The translations under genes and the position numbers were made by a program. 58,317 nucleotides of DNA from a virus (taxonomy: Duplodnaviria; Caudoviricetes), in the IMG/VR virus record IMGVR_UViG_3300037323_000213, positions 1 to 58,317 of that record. One strand, written 5' to 3'. The notes beneath the pieces were generated by a model. The model did no database searches. It was not told where the DNA came from and worked only from the letters and a program-made list of their open reading frames with translations. Shown in pieces: positions 1 through 9,151 of this stretch. The stretch's first letter is position 1, and every line of letters begins with the position of its first letter.

Positions 1-352
1 TGCCACCGCGTGGCTCGCGTACGTGTAGCGGTCGGTGACAGCGGTGTTAGCGCCAGCGTACCCACCCCCAAACAGCCCGAGTGTGCTGTTGCCGGTGGCC
101 GCCAAAGCGAACCGTGCTGTGCCCAGGACCGTACCCGCTGCCACCGCGTGGCTCGCGTACGTGTAGCGGTCGGTGACAGCGGTGAAAGCGCCAGCGTACC
201 CACCCCCAAACAGCCCGAGTGTGCTGTTGCCGGTGGCAGCCAAAGCGTACCGTGCTGTGCCCAGTGACGCCCCCGCTGCCACCGCGTTGCTCGCGTACGT
301 GTAGCGTTCTGTGGTAGCGGTGATAGCGCCAGCGTACCCACCACCAAACAGC
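1..352. repeat. 138-bp in-frame tandem repeat (about 2.5 copies)
   Basis: TGCCACCGCG recurs at 1, 139 and 277; the units are near-identical. Confidence 0.95.
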
Positions 353-414
353 GCAAATCCCGAGACATTACTCAGCGCCGCTGAGCGACCACTCATCAAC
401 AAAAATTCCAACAT
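1..414 (-). CDS. Kelch-like beta-propeller repeat protein (5' part; runs off the left edge); paralog of 57976..>58317
   Basis: Not in the ORF track because it is open-ended. Reverse complement from ATG 414 reads MLEFLLMSGRSAALSNVSGFALFGGGYAGAITATTERYTYASNAVAAGASLGTARYALAATGNSTLGLFGGGY..., preceded by a GGAG RBS. The 46-aa repeats contain Kelch-like FGG, RY and AR-x-x-LAA elements. Confidence 0.75.
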   Translation of the reverse strand, partial: MLEFLLMSGRSAALSNVSGFALFGGGYAGAITATTERYTYASNAVAAGASLGTARYALAATGNSTLGLFGGGYAGAFTAVTDRYTYASHAVAAGTVLGTARFALAATGNSTLGLFGGGYAGANTAVTDRYTYASHAVA

Positions 415-500
415 GGGTTTCTTCTCCAAAGTTTAAAATCAAACAAGTCCAATCACGCCTCGGTTCAATCGAACCAACGCTCAACCAGGCCTTCTTCTCC

Positions 501-1127
501 TCACAGGGTCGTTTTGATGTAACCCTCCAACACTGCCACCTTGGCCACCAAGGCGGTGTTTTGCATCCTCAGCTGGTCGATCTCGGTCAGTGGGGACAGG
601 TGAATGGACACGTTGGCCACGCGAGCCGCCTCAATGTCTCGGTGGCGCTCGTGGCTCACCACCGTGGGGCTTGACGTAATCGCCTCGTACACCGTGGAGC
701 GCACACCGAGTTGGTCAAAGACCACATCGGACAAGCGCTCTTTCAAAGCGCTCAGATCGAGCTCCACTGGAACGGCAGACAGCGAGATGCCCAGCATGAG
801 CCCGGTGTAGCGCACCCCATCGGCATCAGGCAAGCGAATGAGCGCGCTGTTGGGCACCGTCACCAGCTCGCCTGCGCCAGCTTGCAAGGTGATGATGCAG
901 TGGTCCAAAGCCTCATCGGCGGCGTACTCTTCTTCGCTCCCGCCTTGGGCCAAGTACACGTCTTCCAAGGGCTCTTGGCCCTGGGCCAGCGCCCCAGAGA
1001 TGCTCAGCACACCGGTGCACGTGTACTCAACGCTTGGGTTGCAAAGCGCCGTGTAGGGCGCTTTCAAACTGTACAGGCCTGACATCCCCACGGTGGGGAC
1101 GATTTCGGTTGGGTCTCGTTTAAGCAT
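501..1127 (-). CDS. Conserved jumbo-phage hypothetical / putative virion protein
   Basis: 208-aa ORF with an AAGGAG RBS, co-oriented with the upstream virion gene; C-terminal coiled coil. Confidence 0.6.
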   Translation of the reverse strand: MLKRDPTEIVPTVGMSGLYSLKAPYTALCNPSVEYTCTGVLSISGALAQGQEPLEDVYLAQGGSEEEYAADEALDHCIITLQAGAGELVTVPNSALIRLPDADGVRYTGLMLGISLSAVPVELDLSALKERLSDVVFDQLGVRSTVYEAITSSPTVVSHERHRDIEAARVANVSIHLSPLTEIDQLRMQNTALVAKVAVLEGYIKTTL

Positions 1128-1152
1128 GGCTTAACTCCTTTAAGTGAACTGC

Positions 1153-2484
1153 TCAGTACACGGGCGTGCTGGCTTTGCTTGAGACCAAGTACGTGATGTT
1201 GCCCAGGCGAAAGCTCACGTACAAAATCCCACTGCGCGCCCCCTTCCTAAACCCTGGGGGGACGCTGGAGAAAGTGCTGGCCGACTCGGCCAGCAGCACC
1301 GCGCGCTCCAGCGTCAAGACCCATTCTTGAGTAGACTCTGCCATCATCTCAAACAGCGTGTCACTCGTGGGCACGTTGATAAAGTCAGGATAGATCAAGC
1401 CCACGTTAAAGAGCGCGTCTCGGTTGTCTGGTGTGCCCACCGCCAGCAGCGCAAGGGACTTGTAGTTGCACGGTATGACCGAGGCGTGCGCATCGATAAA
1501 GGACGGTGCAAACACAGGCAAGCGCGCTTTGAGGTATTTCAACTCTTGGCCCAGTTTGACAACCGGTGAGTGCACACCACTTTGCAGCGCCCGATCAGGA
1601 ATGGCGTAATTGTGCCAGCGCGGGTAGACCAAGACTTCGGTGAATTTGTAGATGTCTGGAAAAATCACGCGCCACTCAGCTTCTGAGCGCGTGCTGTATG
1701 CGGCAATGTGACTGCGCACCGCATCTCGAATGGCGTCCACATCCTCGCCGGCCTTGCCGTAGATCAGCAGCGTCCACGCCGTGGGCACGCGCACCGTGGG
1801 GCGCAAGGGGTCGATATAGTCGTAGCTCTCAGCGGCCACAATCGACTCGGGGTGGCCCTCCTTGGCCACTTGGACGTCCACCATGACTTGGGGCAGCGTG
1901 CGCGCTGCCAAAGCGGCGTTGACTTTGACTGAGCCCGTAAAGAAGACCTCCAAGCTCTGCAGCGGTGGGACCACCACAATGCTGTACTCATCGTACTGAT
2001 TGGCAAAACTGTTGTCGCTCAGCCAGACAAACACGCTGTTGTTTGCTGCGGGGTGATCGCTTGGCAGGCCCACGAACTTGCAGCTGATCCACTCTGGGAA
2101 CCACGCCCCATCAACGGCTTGCACCATCGCGCCGCAGTCGATCATGGTCGTGTTGCCCGAGATCTGGCCGAACTGGCTGATCACGTCTTGCAAGAACGGG
2201 CCTTGCAAGATCGAAGCTGCTGCGCTCGTTTGGCGCTCGTAGATCCACTGGGCCAGCGCGAAGAACCTAGTTGAGATCTCTGGGGGTACGAGCACAGGCA
2301 CGCCGTTGGCAAACCGGCTGGAGAACGCGTACAGCATCAGGTCTGGGTGAGCTGCTGAGGGGTACAGGCCGACGTTTTTGCTGTAGGTGAGTGACTGCGT
2401 GGAGATCTCACCAATGGTGGAGTTGGCGTTGAGCTCGTTTAAGACGAAGCTCTCAATGCCCAAGAAGCCTTTGAGTGTGTACAT
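1153..2484 (-). CDS. Putative virion structural protein (phiKZ gp157-like by synteny)
   Basis: Long ORF with likely start MYTLKGF at 2484; lies next to the RNase H/UvsX block as in phiKZ-like phages. Confidence 0.55.
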   Translation of the reverse strand: MYTLKGFLGIESFVLNELNANSTIGEISTQSLTYSKNVGLYPSAAHPDLMLYAFSSRFANGVPVLVPPEISTRFFALAQWIYERQTSAAASILQGPFLQDVISQFGQISGNTTMIDCGAMVQAVDGAWFPEWISCKFVGLPSDHPAANNSVFVWLSDNSFANQYDEYSIVVVPPLQSLEVFFTGSVKVNAALAARTLPQVMVDVQVAKEGHPESIVAAESYDYIDPLRPTVRVPTAWTLLIYGKAGEDVDAIRDAVRSHIAAYSTRSEAEWRVIFPDIYKFTEVLVYPRWHNYAIPDRALQSGVHSPVVKLGQELKYLKARLPVFAPSFIDAHASVIPCNYKSLALLAVGTPDNRDALFNVGLIYPDFINVPTSDTLFEMMAESTQEWVLTLERAVLLAESASTFSSVPPGFRKGARSGILYVSFRLGNITYLVSSKASTPVY

Positions 2485-2680
2485 AGATTGCCCTGGTGTG
2501 AGAAATAATCGAAAATGATATGAACTGCTCAAAGCACCCTTGCTTTGGGCGTCACCGTGAAACAGTCAACGCGCAAACCGCGCTGACGCTGTTTGGTAAA
2601 GCGCTTTTCCGATCTAACAAAAAGAAGAAGGTTTTTTAAAGCGACCTGTCATAAAATAAACTCCCGAAGGACTTAAAGCA

Positions 2681-3160
2681 ATGTTCATCAGCATCATCAG
2701 GACCATCATTTTCATCTTCCCCTTTGTCAAAGAGTTGCTTTTGGGGCAAGCGTCGGTCAACAGAAATCAGACCGCCTCGTCAAACATACTGAAGAAAGTG
2801 GTCATTGCACTGGGGTGCACTGCCTTTGTGATGAACCTGTTTTTCGTTCACCGCTTGTTCGTACTGGCCAAAGAGAATCAAGCGCTAACCGAGCAGTTGA
2901 GCTTGCGCCCTACGGTCTTAAAACCTGACGTGCCCAGCGACCCGCGCAGCCACATTCACCCTCGTTTTGAGCCGCCCTATGGGCTCAAAGACACTTTGGC
3001 CCTTGATGTGACCATCTTGTGCGCAGCGCCCCAACAGAGCTCGTCGGGCAAGCGAGTTGCTCGCTCCGCGCCAACCCAGGCGCCGACCCAGGCGCCGACC
3101 CAGGCGCCTGGGTTCAGCGCGGAGTTGGAGCACCTAAGAAGAATTGACCAAATTGACTGA
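2681..3160 (+). CDS. Membrane protein, candidate inner-membrane spanin or holin-like protein
   Basis: Hydrophobic N-terminus and a TM segment (VVIALGCTAFVMNLFFV) followed by a short coiled coil; directly upstream of a lipoprotein gene. Confidence 0.45.
   Translation: MFISIIRTIIFIFPFVKELLLGQASVNRNQTASSNILKKVVIALGCTAFVMNLFFVHRLFVLAKENQALTEQLSLRPTVLKPDVPSDPRSHIHPRFEPPYGLKDTLALDVTILCAAPQQSSSGKRVARSAPTQAPTQAPTQAPGFSAELEHLRRIDQID
3071..3108 (+). repeat. 12-bp coding tandem repeat (PTQA x3)
   Basis: CCRACCCAGGCG repeated three times. Confidence 0.85.
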
Positions 3161-3176
3161 CCACAAATCCATCCTC

Positions 3177-3521
3177 ATGAAACACCTCTCTGGCCGTTTT
3201 GCCGCCCTAGCGCTGATTACCCTCACGGGCTGCGCGGGCGTTACCAACCAAACCTTCGGAGACACGTTCTCCAACATCACCTACGTGTTAAGCGCAAGCG
3301 AGAGCAGCGCGCCTGAGCTGCGCTGCCCTCCGTACGAGTTGCCGGTGCAGCCCGCTGTACCCAGTGTGCCCCTGCAGGCGTACAGCGCCTTGGAGTCCAA
3401 TGATACCAAGCTGTACAACACGCTCACGCTCACCTACATTGAGGGGCTGCGCCGCTACATTAGCGAGTCGCGAAGGCGAAACACCAACAGCGTGCTGGTT
3501 TACAACTTGCAATGCAATTAG
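3177..3521 (+). CDS. Lipoprotein, candidate outer-membrane spanin
   Basis: MKHLSGRFAALALITLTGC is a signal peptide with a lipobox; Pro-rich segment CPPYELPVQPAVPSVP; C-terminal Cys. Confidence 0.55.
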   Translation: MKHLSGRFAALALITLTGCAGVTNQTFGDTFSNITYVLSASESSAPELRCPPYELPVQPAVPSVPLQAYSALESNDTKLYNTLTLTYIEGLRRYISESRRRNTNSVLVYNLQCN

Positions 3522-3623
3522 GCGCAAAAAGAGTGCGGTGCGGCATGCTTTGAGCGCGTGAGTTTAAGTTTGTCTCACCCCAGCGCCCTCTTTCTACCAA
3601 CTTGCAAGGACTCCTTTCGTACC

Positions 3624-5174
3624 ATGGCCAACAACACACCCCCCAGTGACACACTCCAAGGCATTGTGCTGTGGAGCGACGGCTCCAGCGCCCCCAGCAA
3701 CCCCGGCTACGGGGGGTGGGGCTTGCACGGCTACACGTACTCTGTGGCACCGGCCAAAAAGGGAAACGGCCTGAGTGGCCAGGTGCTCACCGATCAAGGC
3801 TACTTGGACAAAACCAGTGCCAAGACTCAGAATTCCACCGAGGTCAAGCCCGTGAACTATGTGGACGGCTTTGGCAGTTTTGCCATGCCTGTCACCAACA
3901 ACCTCGCTGAGATCGCGGGCGTGGCCAACGGCCTGCTGTACGCGGCCAACCACGATGTGAAGAGAGTCACCCTCTTGACTGACAGCATGTACGTGGTCGA
4001 AGGCGTGGGGCGTGTGGCCAACTGGGCCAAGAACAACTGGATCAAGTACGACGGCAACCCCGTGGCCAACAAGGACATGTGGCTCACACTGAGCGCCAAC
4101 TTGCTCGCGCTTAAAGACAAAGGCGTGGATGTGCAAATCAAGTGGGTCAAGGGCCACAGCGTGCACCTGGGCAACAACTTGGCTGACAAGCACGCCAACA
4201 TTGGCAACCGCTACTCGCGCCGAGGCGAGTTGCGCACCGAGTTCAATACGACGGCAGCGGACGGGTACTGGACGGCCAAGATCGAGCGCCACCCCTTCAT
4301 CAGCCAGCGGCGCATCTACTTCGTCAGCCGCCAAGACGCGTGCATCCCCGGGGAGTACTTCTTGGGCGAGCACGGCAAGGACGATGAGCTACTGGGCAAG
4401 CGCACCGCAGACGGCGCGCACAGCTACGTGCGCCTAAGCACGCCCGAGCCAGTCGTGGAGATGCTGCGTCAAGCCCAGATCAAAGCGGCCAGGGGCGAAG
4501 ACGCTATTGTGATGGGTCGCTTGGACAAGCTCTTTGAGACCAGCACCCACAACGACCTGATGCGCTTCGGCGATGTGTGCCTGTACCGAGCGCACCGCAA
4601 CAAGATGGATTTGCACTTCATTGAGAAGAAGACAACGCCAGATGGCAAAGTGATTGATGAGCCAGTCACCAAAGAGCTGAACCCGCCTCGGCTGGCCATG
4701 CGGGCCATCGAGTCGGTCAACTTCCTTAAAAGCTTGTTGCTCACGTGGCTGGGTGAGGGACAAACAACAGTGACGCAAACCGATGTGACAGACACGTTTT
4801 ACGCAACCGACGCCAAGGGCAAGTGCACGCTTAGGTCCGAGTTCATTGTGGGTTTTTCAACGCTCAGCGCGCAGGTCAATTATGTGAGAGTCCCACAGAC
4901 AACGCCTCTTGTTGAGCAGCAACAAATCGACCTCTTCTTGGGTGTTGATTTGCCAGAGCGCAACGCGCTTAAACGCATGGAGGCGCTGTCTCCCTTGGTG
5001 CACGTGCTCACTTGGATGGAGTCCGAGCACGCTTTTCGACACGCCACTGTCATCCAAGCGGGCACAGACATTGGTGTTTGGGCGGGCATGTTCTCCAATT
5101 TGCGAGTCATCCCGTCTGGGCCCACGGCCAGTGCCACTGCTTTAACAACCCCTTTAACCCCCGTCACCCCATGA
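3624..5174 (+). CDS. Ribonuclease H (phiKZ gp155-like) with C-terminal extension
   Basis: RNase HI motifs WSDGS, NPGYGGWG, TNNLAEI, TDSMYV and KWVKGHS-x4-NNLAD. Confidence 0.9.
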   Translation: MANNTPPSDTLQGIVLWSDGSSAPSNPGYGGWGLHGYTYSVAPAKKGNGLSGQVLTDQGYLDKTSAKTQNSTEVKPVNYVDGFGSFAMPVTNNLAEIAGVANGLLYAANHDVKRVTLLTDSMYVVEGVGRVANWAKNNWIKYDGNPVANKDMWLTLSANLLALKDKGVDVQIKWVKGHSVHLGNNLADKHANIGNRYSRRGELRTEFNTTAADGYWTAKIERHPFISQRRIYFVSRQDACIPGEYFLGEHGKDDELLGKRTADGAHSYVRLSTPEPVVEMLRQAQIKAARGEDAIVMGRLDKLFETSTHNDLMRFGDVCLYRAHRNKMDLHFIEKKTTPDGKVIDEPVTKELNPPRLAMRAIESVNFLKSLLLTWLGEGQTTVTQTDVTDTFYATDAKGKCTLRSEFIVGFSTLSAQVNYVRVPQTTPLVEQQQIDLFLGVDLPERNALKRMEALSPLVHVLTWMESEHAFRHATVIQAGTDIGVWAGMFSNLRVIPSGPTASATALTTPLTPVTP

Positions 5175-5602
5175 CCACCACCTACGCTGTAACAAAGAAC
5201 TTCCTGGTGCGCGCGCTGATCACGATACTGCCCAGGCGCATGCGCCGAATCGTGTACTTAGCGTCTCTCACCGCCATTGCCGTTGACTCCAACGTGCCCG
5301 AGCGCGCGCTGATGCAAAAGCTCAACGTGCTGCTGGACCTCAGCAGCACGGGAGATGCAGCGCTGAAGTTGCCCATTCACGTAAGCAAGCTGATCTGGGC
5401 CAACAAGCAGGTGTTTGAAAAGGACATCGCCGTGTTAAGCTGCGCCCACGCCAACGACGATCACCACGCGCTGCAAAGCGCTGAGCGCATCGTGGCGGCC
5501 ACGCCGGCTTGGTTTGAGTACGGGCACCCCGGGGACTCGATCAAGGACTTGATGACTTTGTTCAGCACCGACAACCACGTTTTCACACCCGTTGAGGTGT
5601 GA
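5171..5602 (+). CDS. Hypothetical protein
   Basis: ATGA overlap with the RNase H stop; 143 aa. Confidence 0.65.
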   Translation: MTTTYAVTKNFLVRALITILPRRMRRIVYLASLTAIAVDSNVPERALMQKLNVLLDLSSTGDAALKLPIHVSKLIWANKQVFEKDIAVLSCAHANDDHHALQSAERIVAATPAWFEYGHPGDSIKDLMTLFSTDNHVFTPVEV

Positions 5603-5642
5603 AGTATCTCCCAAAAACCCCGCACTCCTATTTGTTGCACCC

Positions 5643-6476
5643 ATGGCCATCCAACTCCAAACAGACCCCCTGCAGGGCTTGAAACTTGCCTGCGACAGCT
5701 TGGCTCTAGAGGGCTTTAGCTTATCGGGCACCCTGTCCTCGCTGGCGGGCTTCATGCCCAACATCATCGCGGGGTTTGCCTCGAGCAAAGTGGCACTCGA
5801 GCTGCCAGAGACCCCGCTGAAGAAGGACCAGAGCAAGTTCCTAAAGCTGCTCGATCAGTTCTCCTACGCCGAGCTGATGGGCCTCAGAGCCTTTCGCCCC
5901 GAGGGCGTCAGAGTCACGTACTTGCAGTACCTCGCGGTGCTGATCCCCGTTGCCACTTACCTCCAAGAAATTCAAAAAAATGTTACGAGTCCTTATCTTC
6001 TCTTTTTGGCTCAGGTGGTGTCCGATAAAAAAGCAGCCCTGTCCACCCGAAGCCAAGACGCCGAGTACCGACAGCTAGATGCCAACCGCGCGCGCATGCT
6101 CTCTCAGCTAAGCGCCCTGTACGCGAGTGACTCCTACGAGGCCAAAACCACGGTTGGCAAGGTGGTGGACCGAAACGCCGACTGGAAGCCGGTGTTTGCG
6201 CAGTGCAACCAGGCAATGGACTGCCTAAAGACCATTGGCCTGGCCTCTCTCAAAGACCAGATGAACCAGTGCACCGACTACTTGGAGACGATCCACGGGC
6301 TGCTCAAGAGCGGGGCCCTGGAGGGCACGACGCCTGAGGTGGTCAAGCACCTAGCCAGTGGGGCGTATTGCATTGCCCAGGAGTTTGAGTTTTTTGCTAC
6401 AACGTACTACCGCGCGCTGGCTTTGAGGGGCAGCATCGACAACACCACCCAGCACGTGCTGGAGACAATGGGCTAA
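5643..6476 (+). CDS. Putative virion (head) protein, phiKZ gp153-like
   Basis: Has ALE motifs (SLALE, KVALE) resembling phiKZ head-protease cleavage sites; lies upstream of UvsX. Confidence 0.5.
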   Translation: MAIQLQTDPLQGLKLACDSLALEGFSLSGTLSSLAGFMPNIIAGFASSKVALELPETPLKKDQSKFLKLLDQFSYAELMGLRAFRPEGVRVTYLQYLAVLIPVATYLQEIQKNVTSPYLLFLAQVVSDKKAALSTRSQDAEYRQLDANRARMLSQLSALYASDSYEAKTTVGKVVDRNADWKPVFAQCNQAMDCLKTIGLASLKDQMNQCTDYLETIHGLLKSGALEGTTPEVVKHLASGAYCIAQEFEFFATTYYRALALRGSIDNTTQHVLETMG

Positions 6477-6493
6477 GACCGATTTGCAGCCAC

Positions 6494-6535
6494 ATGCCCA
6501 AAGCACTGAACCCACCCGTTCAGTGCTTTGGGCAT
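6494..6535. terminator. Long intergenic stem-loop
   Basis: ATGCCCAAAGCACTGAAC / GTTCAGTGCTTTGGGCAT is a perfect inverted repeat. Confidence 0.6.
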
Positions 6536-6644
6536 TATGCCCCTTAAGTGCAAAAATTACCCTCATTACTGATCTTTTGACGCCATGCTGATCTCAATCG
6601 GTGTGGACCTAACAGCACCATTACACCGAACGACCCACCCCCTT

Positions 6645-8099
6645 ATGACCTTTGATCTGCGCCCCGCGTTCACCCAAATCCCCAACGTGAAAGTCAGCTA
6701 CAACCTGGGGTGCTTGCTCGATGTCCCCACGGGCGAGTACCAAATCGGCCAACACGGGGAATCCATCCTAAACGGCGGGCTGGGCCCCGTCACAGGTGTG
6801 GTTGGCATTGGCAACAATTTTAAGTCCACGTTCATGCACTTCATGATGAACACCGCCATGGCGCGCTTTCCTGATAGCACCGCAGACTCCTACGACACCG
6901 AGATGAACATGAACGAGAAGCGACTGGCCAGCTTGGCGCGTGGCGTGCTCGACTTCAACGGAGAGGACGTGATTGACAACGGGCGCTGGCGCATCACCGA
7001 CAAATCGCACCACATGGGCAACGAGTGGTTTGAGATCTTTAAGAAGTACATCAAAAGCAAAATCGAAGCAGCTCCCAAGCTGATGCGCACCACGCCGTTT
7101 CTAAGCCGGGACAAAACGACGCTGCTCACGCAGATGTACCCGACCTTCGGCCAAATTGACAGCTTCAGTGAGTTTGAGACTCAAGACGTGGCTGACATGG
7201 GGGAGAAGAACGAACTCGGTGAATCCGGGGGCAACACCATTCACATGCGCCAAGGCCTGGCCAAGGTGCGTTTCTTGTCCGCTGCCCCCTCGCTGGTGGC
7301 AAGCGGCAACAACCCACTGCTCCTAAGCGCGCACATCGGCAAAGACATCCCAATGGATGCGCGCGCACCTCCGATCAAAAAGCTGCAGTTCCTAAAGAAC
7401 GGCGACAAGATGAAGGGCGTGACAGACAAGTTCTTCTTTCTCACCACCAACTGCTGGCAGTGCCAAAACGCGATGCCCTTGTTCAACGATTCGACCAAGT
7501 CGGTGGAGTACCCGCGCCACAAGGACGACACGATGGTGGGTGACACCGACCTGAACGTCTTGACCCTGGTGATGCTGCGCAGCAAGACCGGGCGCTCTGG
7601 GCTGATCATGCAAATCTTGGTGTCCCAGCAAGACGGTGTGCTCCCCGCGCTCTCCGAGTTTCACTACATCAAGACCAACGACCGCTACGGGCTGGGTGGC
7701 AACATGCAAAACTACTATTTGGAGCTCTTGCCCGAGGTGAAGCTGTCTAGGACGGCTGTGCGCAGCAAGATCGACAACAACCCCCACCTAAGGCGCGCGC
7801 TGAACATCACCGCTGAGATGAGCCAGATGACCATGCTCTGGCACGACTTGCCCGAAGGCCTCATGTGCACCCCCAAAGAGCTGTATGACGATTTGAAGGC
7901 CATGGGCTACGACTGGTCGGTGCTCCTGAACACGCGCGGCTGGTGGACCTACAACAACGATGTGCACCCCCTGCCGTTTTTGTCAACAATGGATCTGCTG
8001 CGCCTGCGCAAAGGCCTGTACCAAGTGTACTGGCTGGAAGATGACAAGAAGACCATCAAAAAACAATTCGTACCCAAAACAAAATCCACTCCCCTTTAA
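6645..8099 (+). CDS. uvsX: UvsX/RecA-like recombinase (phiKZ gp152-like)
   Basis: Walker A-like GIGNNFKST, YDTE, Walker B-like QIDSFSE; synteny with RNase H. Confidence 0.8.
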   Translation: MTFDLRPAFTQIPNVKVSYNLGCLLDVPTGEYQIGQHGESILNGGLGPVTGVVGIGNNFKSTFMHFMMNTAMARFPDSTADSYDTEMNMNEKRLASLARGVLDFNGEDVIDNGRWRITDKSHHMGNEWFEIFKKYIKSKIEAAPKLMRTTPFLSRDKTTLLTQMYPTFGQIDSFSEFETQDVADMGEKNELGESGGNTIHMRQGLAKVRFLSAAPSLVASGNNPLLLSAHIGKDIPMDARAPPIKKLQFLKNGDKMKGVTDKFFFLTTNCWQCQNAMPLFNDSTKSVEYPRHKDDTMVGDTDLNVLTLVMLRSKTGRSGLIMQILVSQQDGVLPALSEFHYIKTNDRYGLGGNMQNYYLELLPEVKLSRTAVRSKIDNNPHLRRALNITAEMSQMTMLWHDLPEGLMCTPKELYDDLKAMGYDWSVLLNTRGWWTYNNDVHPLPFLSTMDLLRLRKGLYQVYWLEDDKKTIKKQFVPKTKSTPL

Positions 8100-8111
8100 C
8101 ACGTATCTGCC

Positions 8112-8450
8112 ATGACCACCTTAACCAACAACGTTTTCGCCGAACCCCGCAAAGCCGGGGACATCGACTTGGTGCACCAAGTAAGCCAACTCCTGAGTGA
8201 TGCGGGCCACCCCGCGCCTGCCCTGTGGACACTGAACCCCACCATTGAGGAGGCCAAGGCCTCTGCGCCCAAGCTGCAGCAGTTCTTGATCAACCGCTAC
8301 TGGCGCGTGCAGTTCGGGCGCTGCGCGGAGTCCACGACCTCGCTGCGCTACTGTCTCGATGATGACGCCCCGCCCGAGACGTACATCAACATCTTCATGA
8401 AGGTGCTGGTGCCTGCCATTTTGCGCAACAACCTGCCCAAGCCCGATTGA
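8112..8450 (+). CDS. Hypothetical protein
   Basis: 112-aa ORF directly after uvsX with typical codon usage. Confidence 0.65.
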   Translation: MTTLTNNVFAEPRKAGDIDLVHQVSQLLSDAGHPAPALWTLNPTIEEAKASAPKLQQFLINRYWRVQFGRCAESTTSLRYCLDDDAPPETYINIFMKVLVPAILRNNLPKPD

Positions 8451-8506
8451 GGCAACGGACATAAACCGCCATCACCGTCAACGCGGTGGTGGGGTATATG
8501 CTGCAC

Positions 8507-8560
8507 TGCAGAATCTTTCAGTCACATATGCTTGTATTGTGTTAGTCTAGGAATTTCTCT
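8507..8560 (+). promoter_or_regulatory. Copy of a repeated intergenic motif, putative early promoter
   Basis: TGCAGAATCTTTCAGTCACATATG...TGTTAGTCTAGGAATT is nearly identical to 38887-38946 and 46177-46225. Confidence 0.6.
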
Positions 8561-8603
8561 CAGACAACTTGTTGAACGCTCTTGTCGAGCAGAAGGATTT
8601 TTC

Positions 8604-8792
8604 ATGTCCAATTTCAAAGTGACCAAAGTGGGCGCGTACAGCGCCCTGACCGCACTGTGTGTGGTGTTCGCACTGGGCTGGGTATCAACCCAGCCCCAGG
8701 CTTATGTGGGCGTGGTAGCGGGCCTGCTTTCCTTTGTGTTTGGCGCGATGGCAGGGATCGCACACGAGGACAGCCTAAAGTCCGATTTCTAA
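8604..8792 (+). CDS. Small two-TM membrane protein
   Basis: AAGGA RBS; two hydrophobic helices; follows the promoter-like motif. Confidence 0.55.
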   Translation: MSNFKVTKVGAYSALTALCVVFALGWVSTQPQAYVGVVAGLLSFVFGAMAGIAHEDSLKSDF

Positions 8793-8860
8793 ATACGACA
8801 CCCTTCTGAAATCTCAGAAGGGTTTTGTGCCGCAATTTTAAAAACCCAAAGGAAAGCAGT

Positions 8861-9007
8861 ATGACAAAGTATAAAACCGTGTCAGCGTTTGACCACTACG
8901 AGGGCATCGCCCTCAAGTGGGCAAAGGACCGTGAGCGCAGGGGAAAACTGGAACGTTTCAGTTTTTCCTATTATGCTAAAAGGTTTTTCAACCTTTTATT
9001 AGATTAA
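8861..9007 (+). CDS. Small hypothetical protein
   Basis: AAGGA RBS; 48 aa; followed by a terminator. Confidence 0.45.
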   Translation: MTKYKTVSAFDHYEGIALKWAKDRERRGKLERFSFSYYAKRFFNLLLD

Positions 9008-9027
9008 CCGGCGATGCCGGTCAGTCT

Positions 9028-9079
9028 CCTCACCTCGCCAGAGCACACGCTCTGGCGAGGTGAGGGTACTTTATTTTTT
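9028..9079 (+). terminator. Rho-independent terminator
   Basis: CCTCACCTCGCCAGAGC/GCTCTGGCGAGGTGAGG stem followed by a T-rich tract. Confidence 0.75.
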
Positions 9080-9151
9080 GGTTTAAATTCAAACACAAAA
9101 CACATGGCATGACCAAAACTTTAACCCCCTCTTTCTCACTGGAGCACTCTC

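Noticed and set aside
10-267. 85-aa plus-strand ORF, and the similar minus-strand ORF 58006..58197
   Set aside because: These are antisense shadows of the Kelch-like genes, which have an RBS and a recognisable repeat motif.
1-352. Possible CRISPR array at the window ends
   Set aside because: The units are 138/141-bp in-frame coding repeats with no unique spacers, and no cas genes are present.
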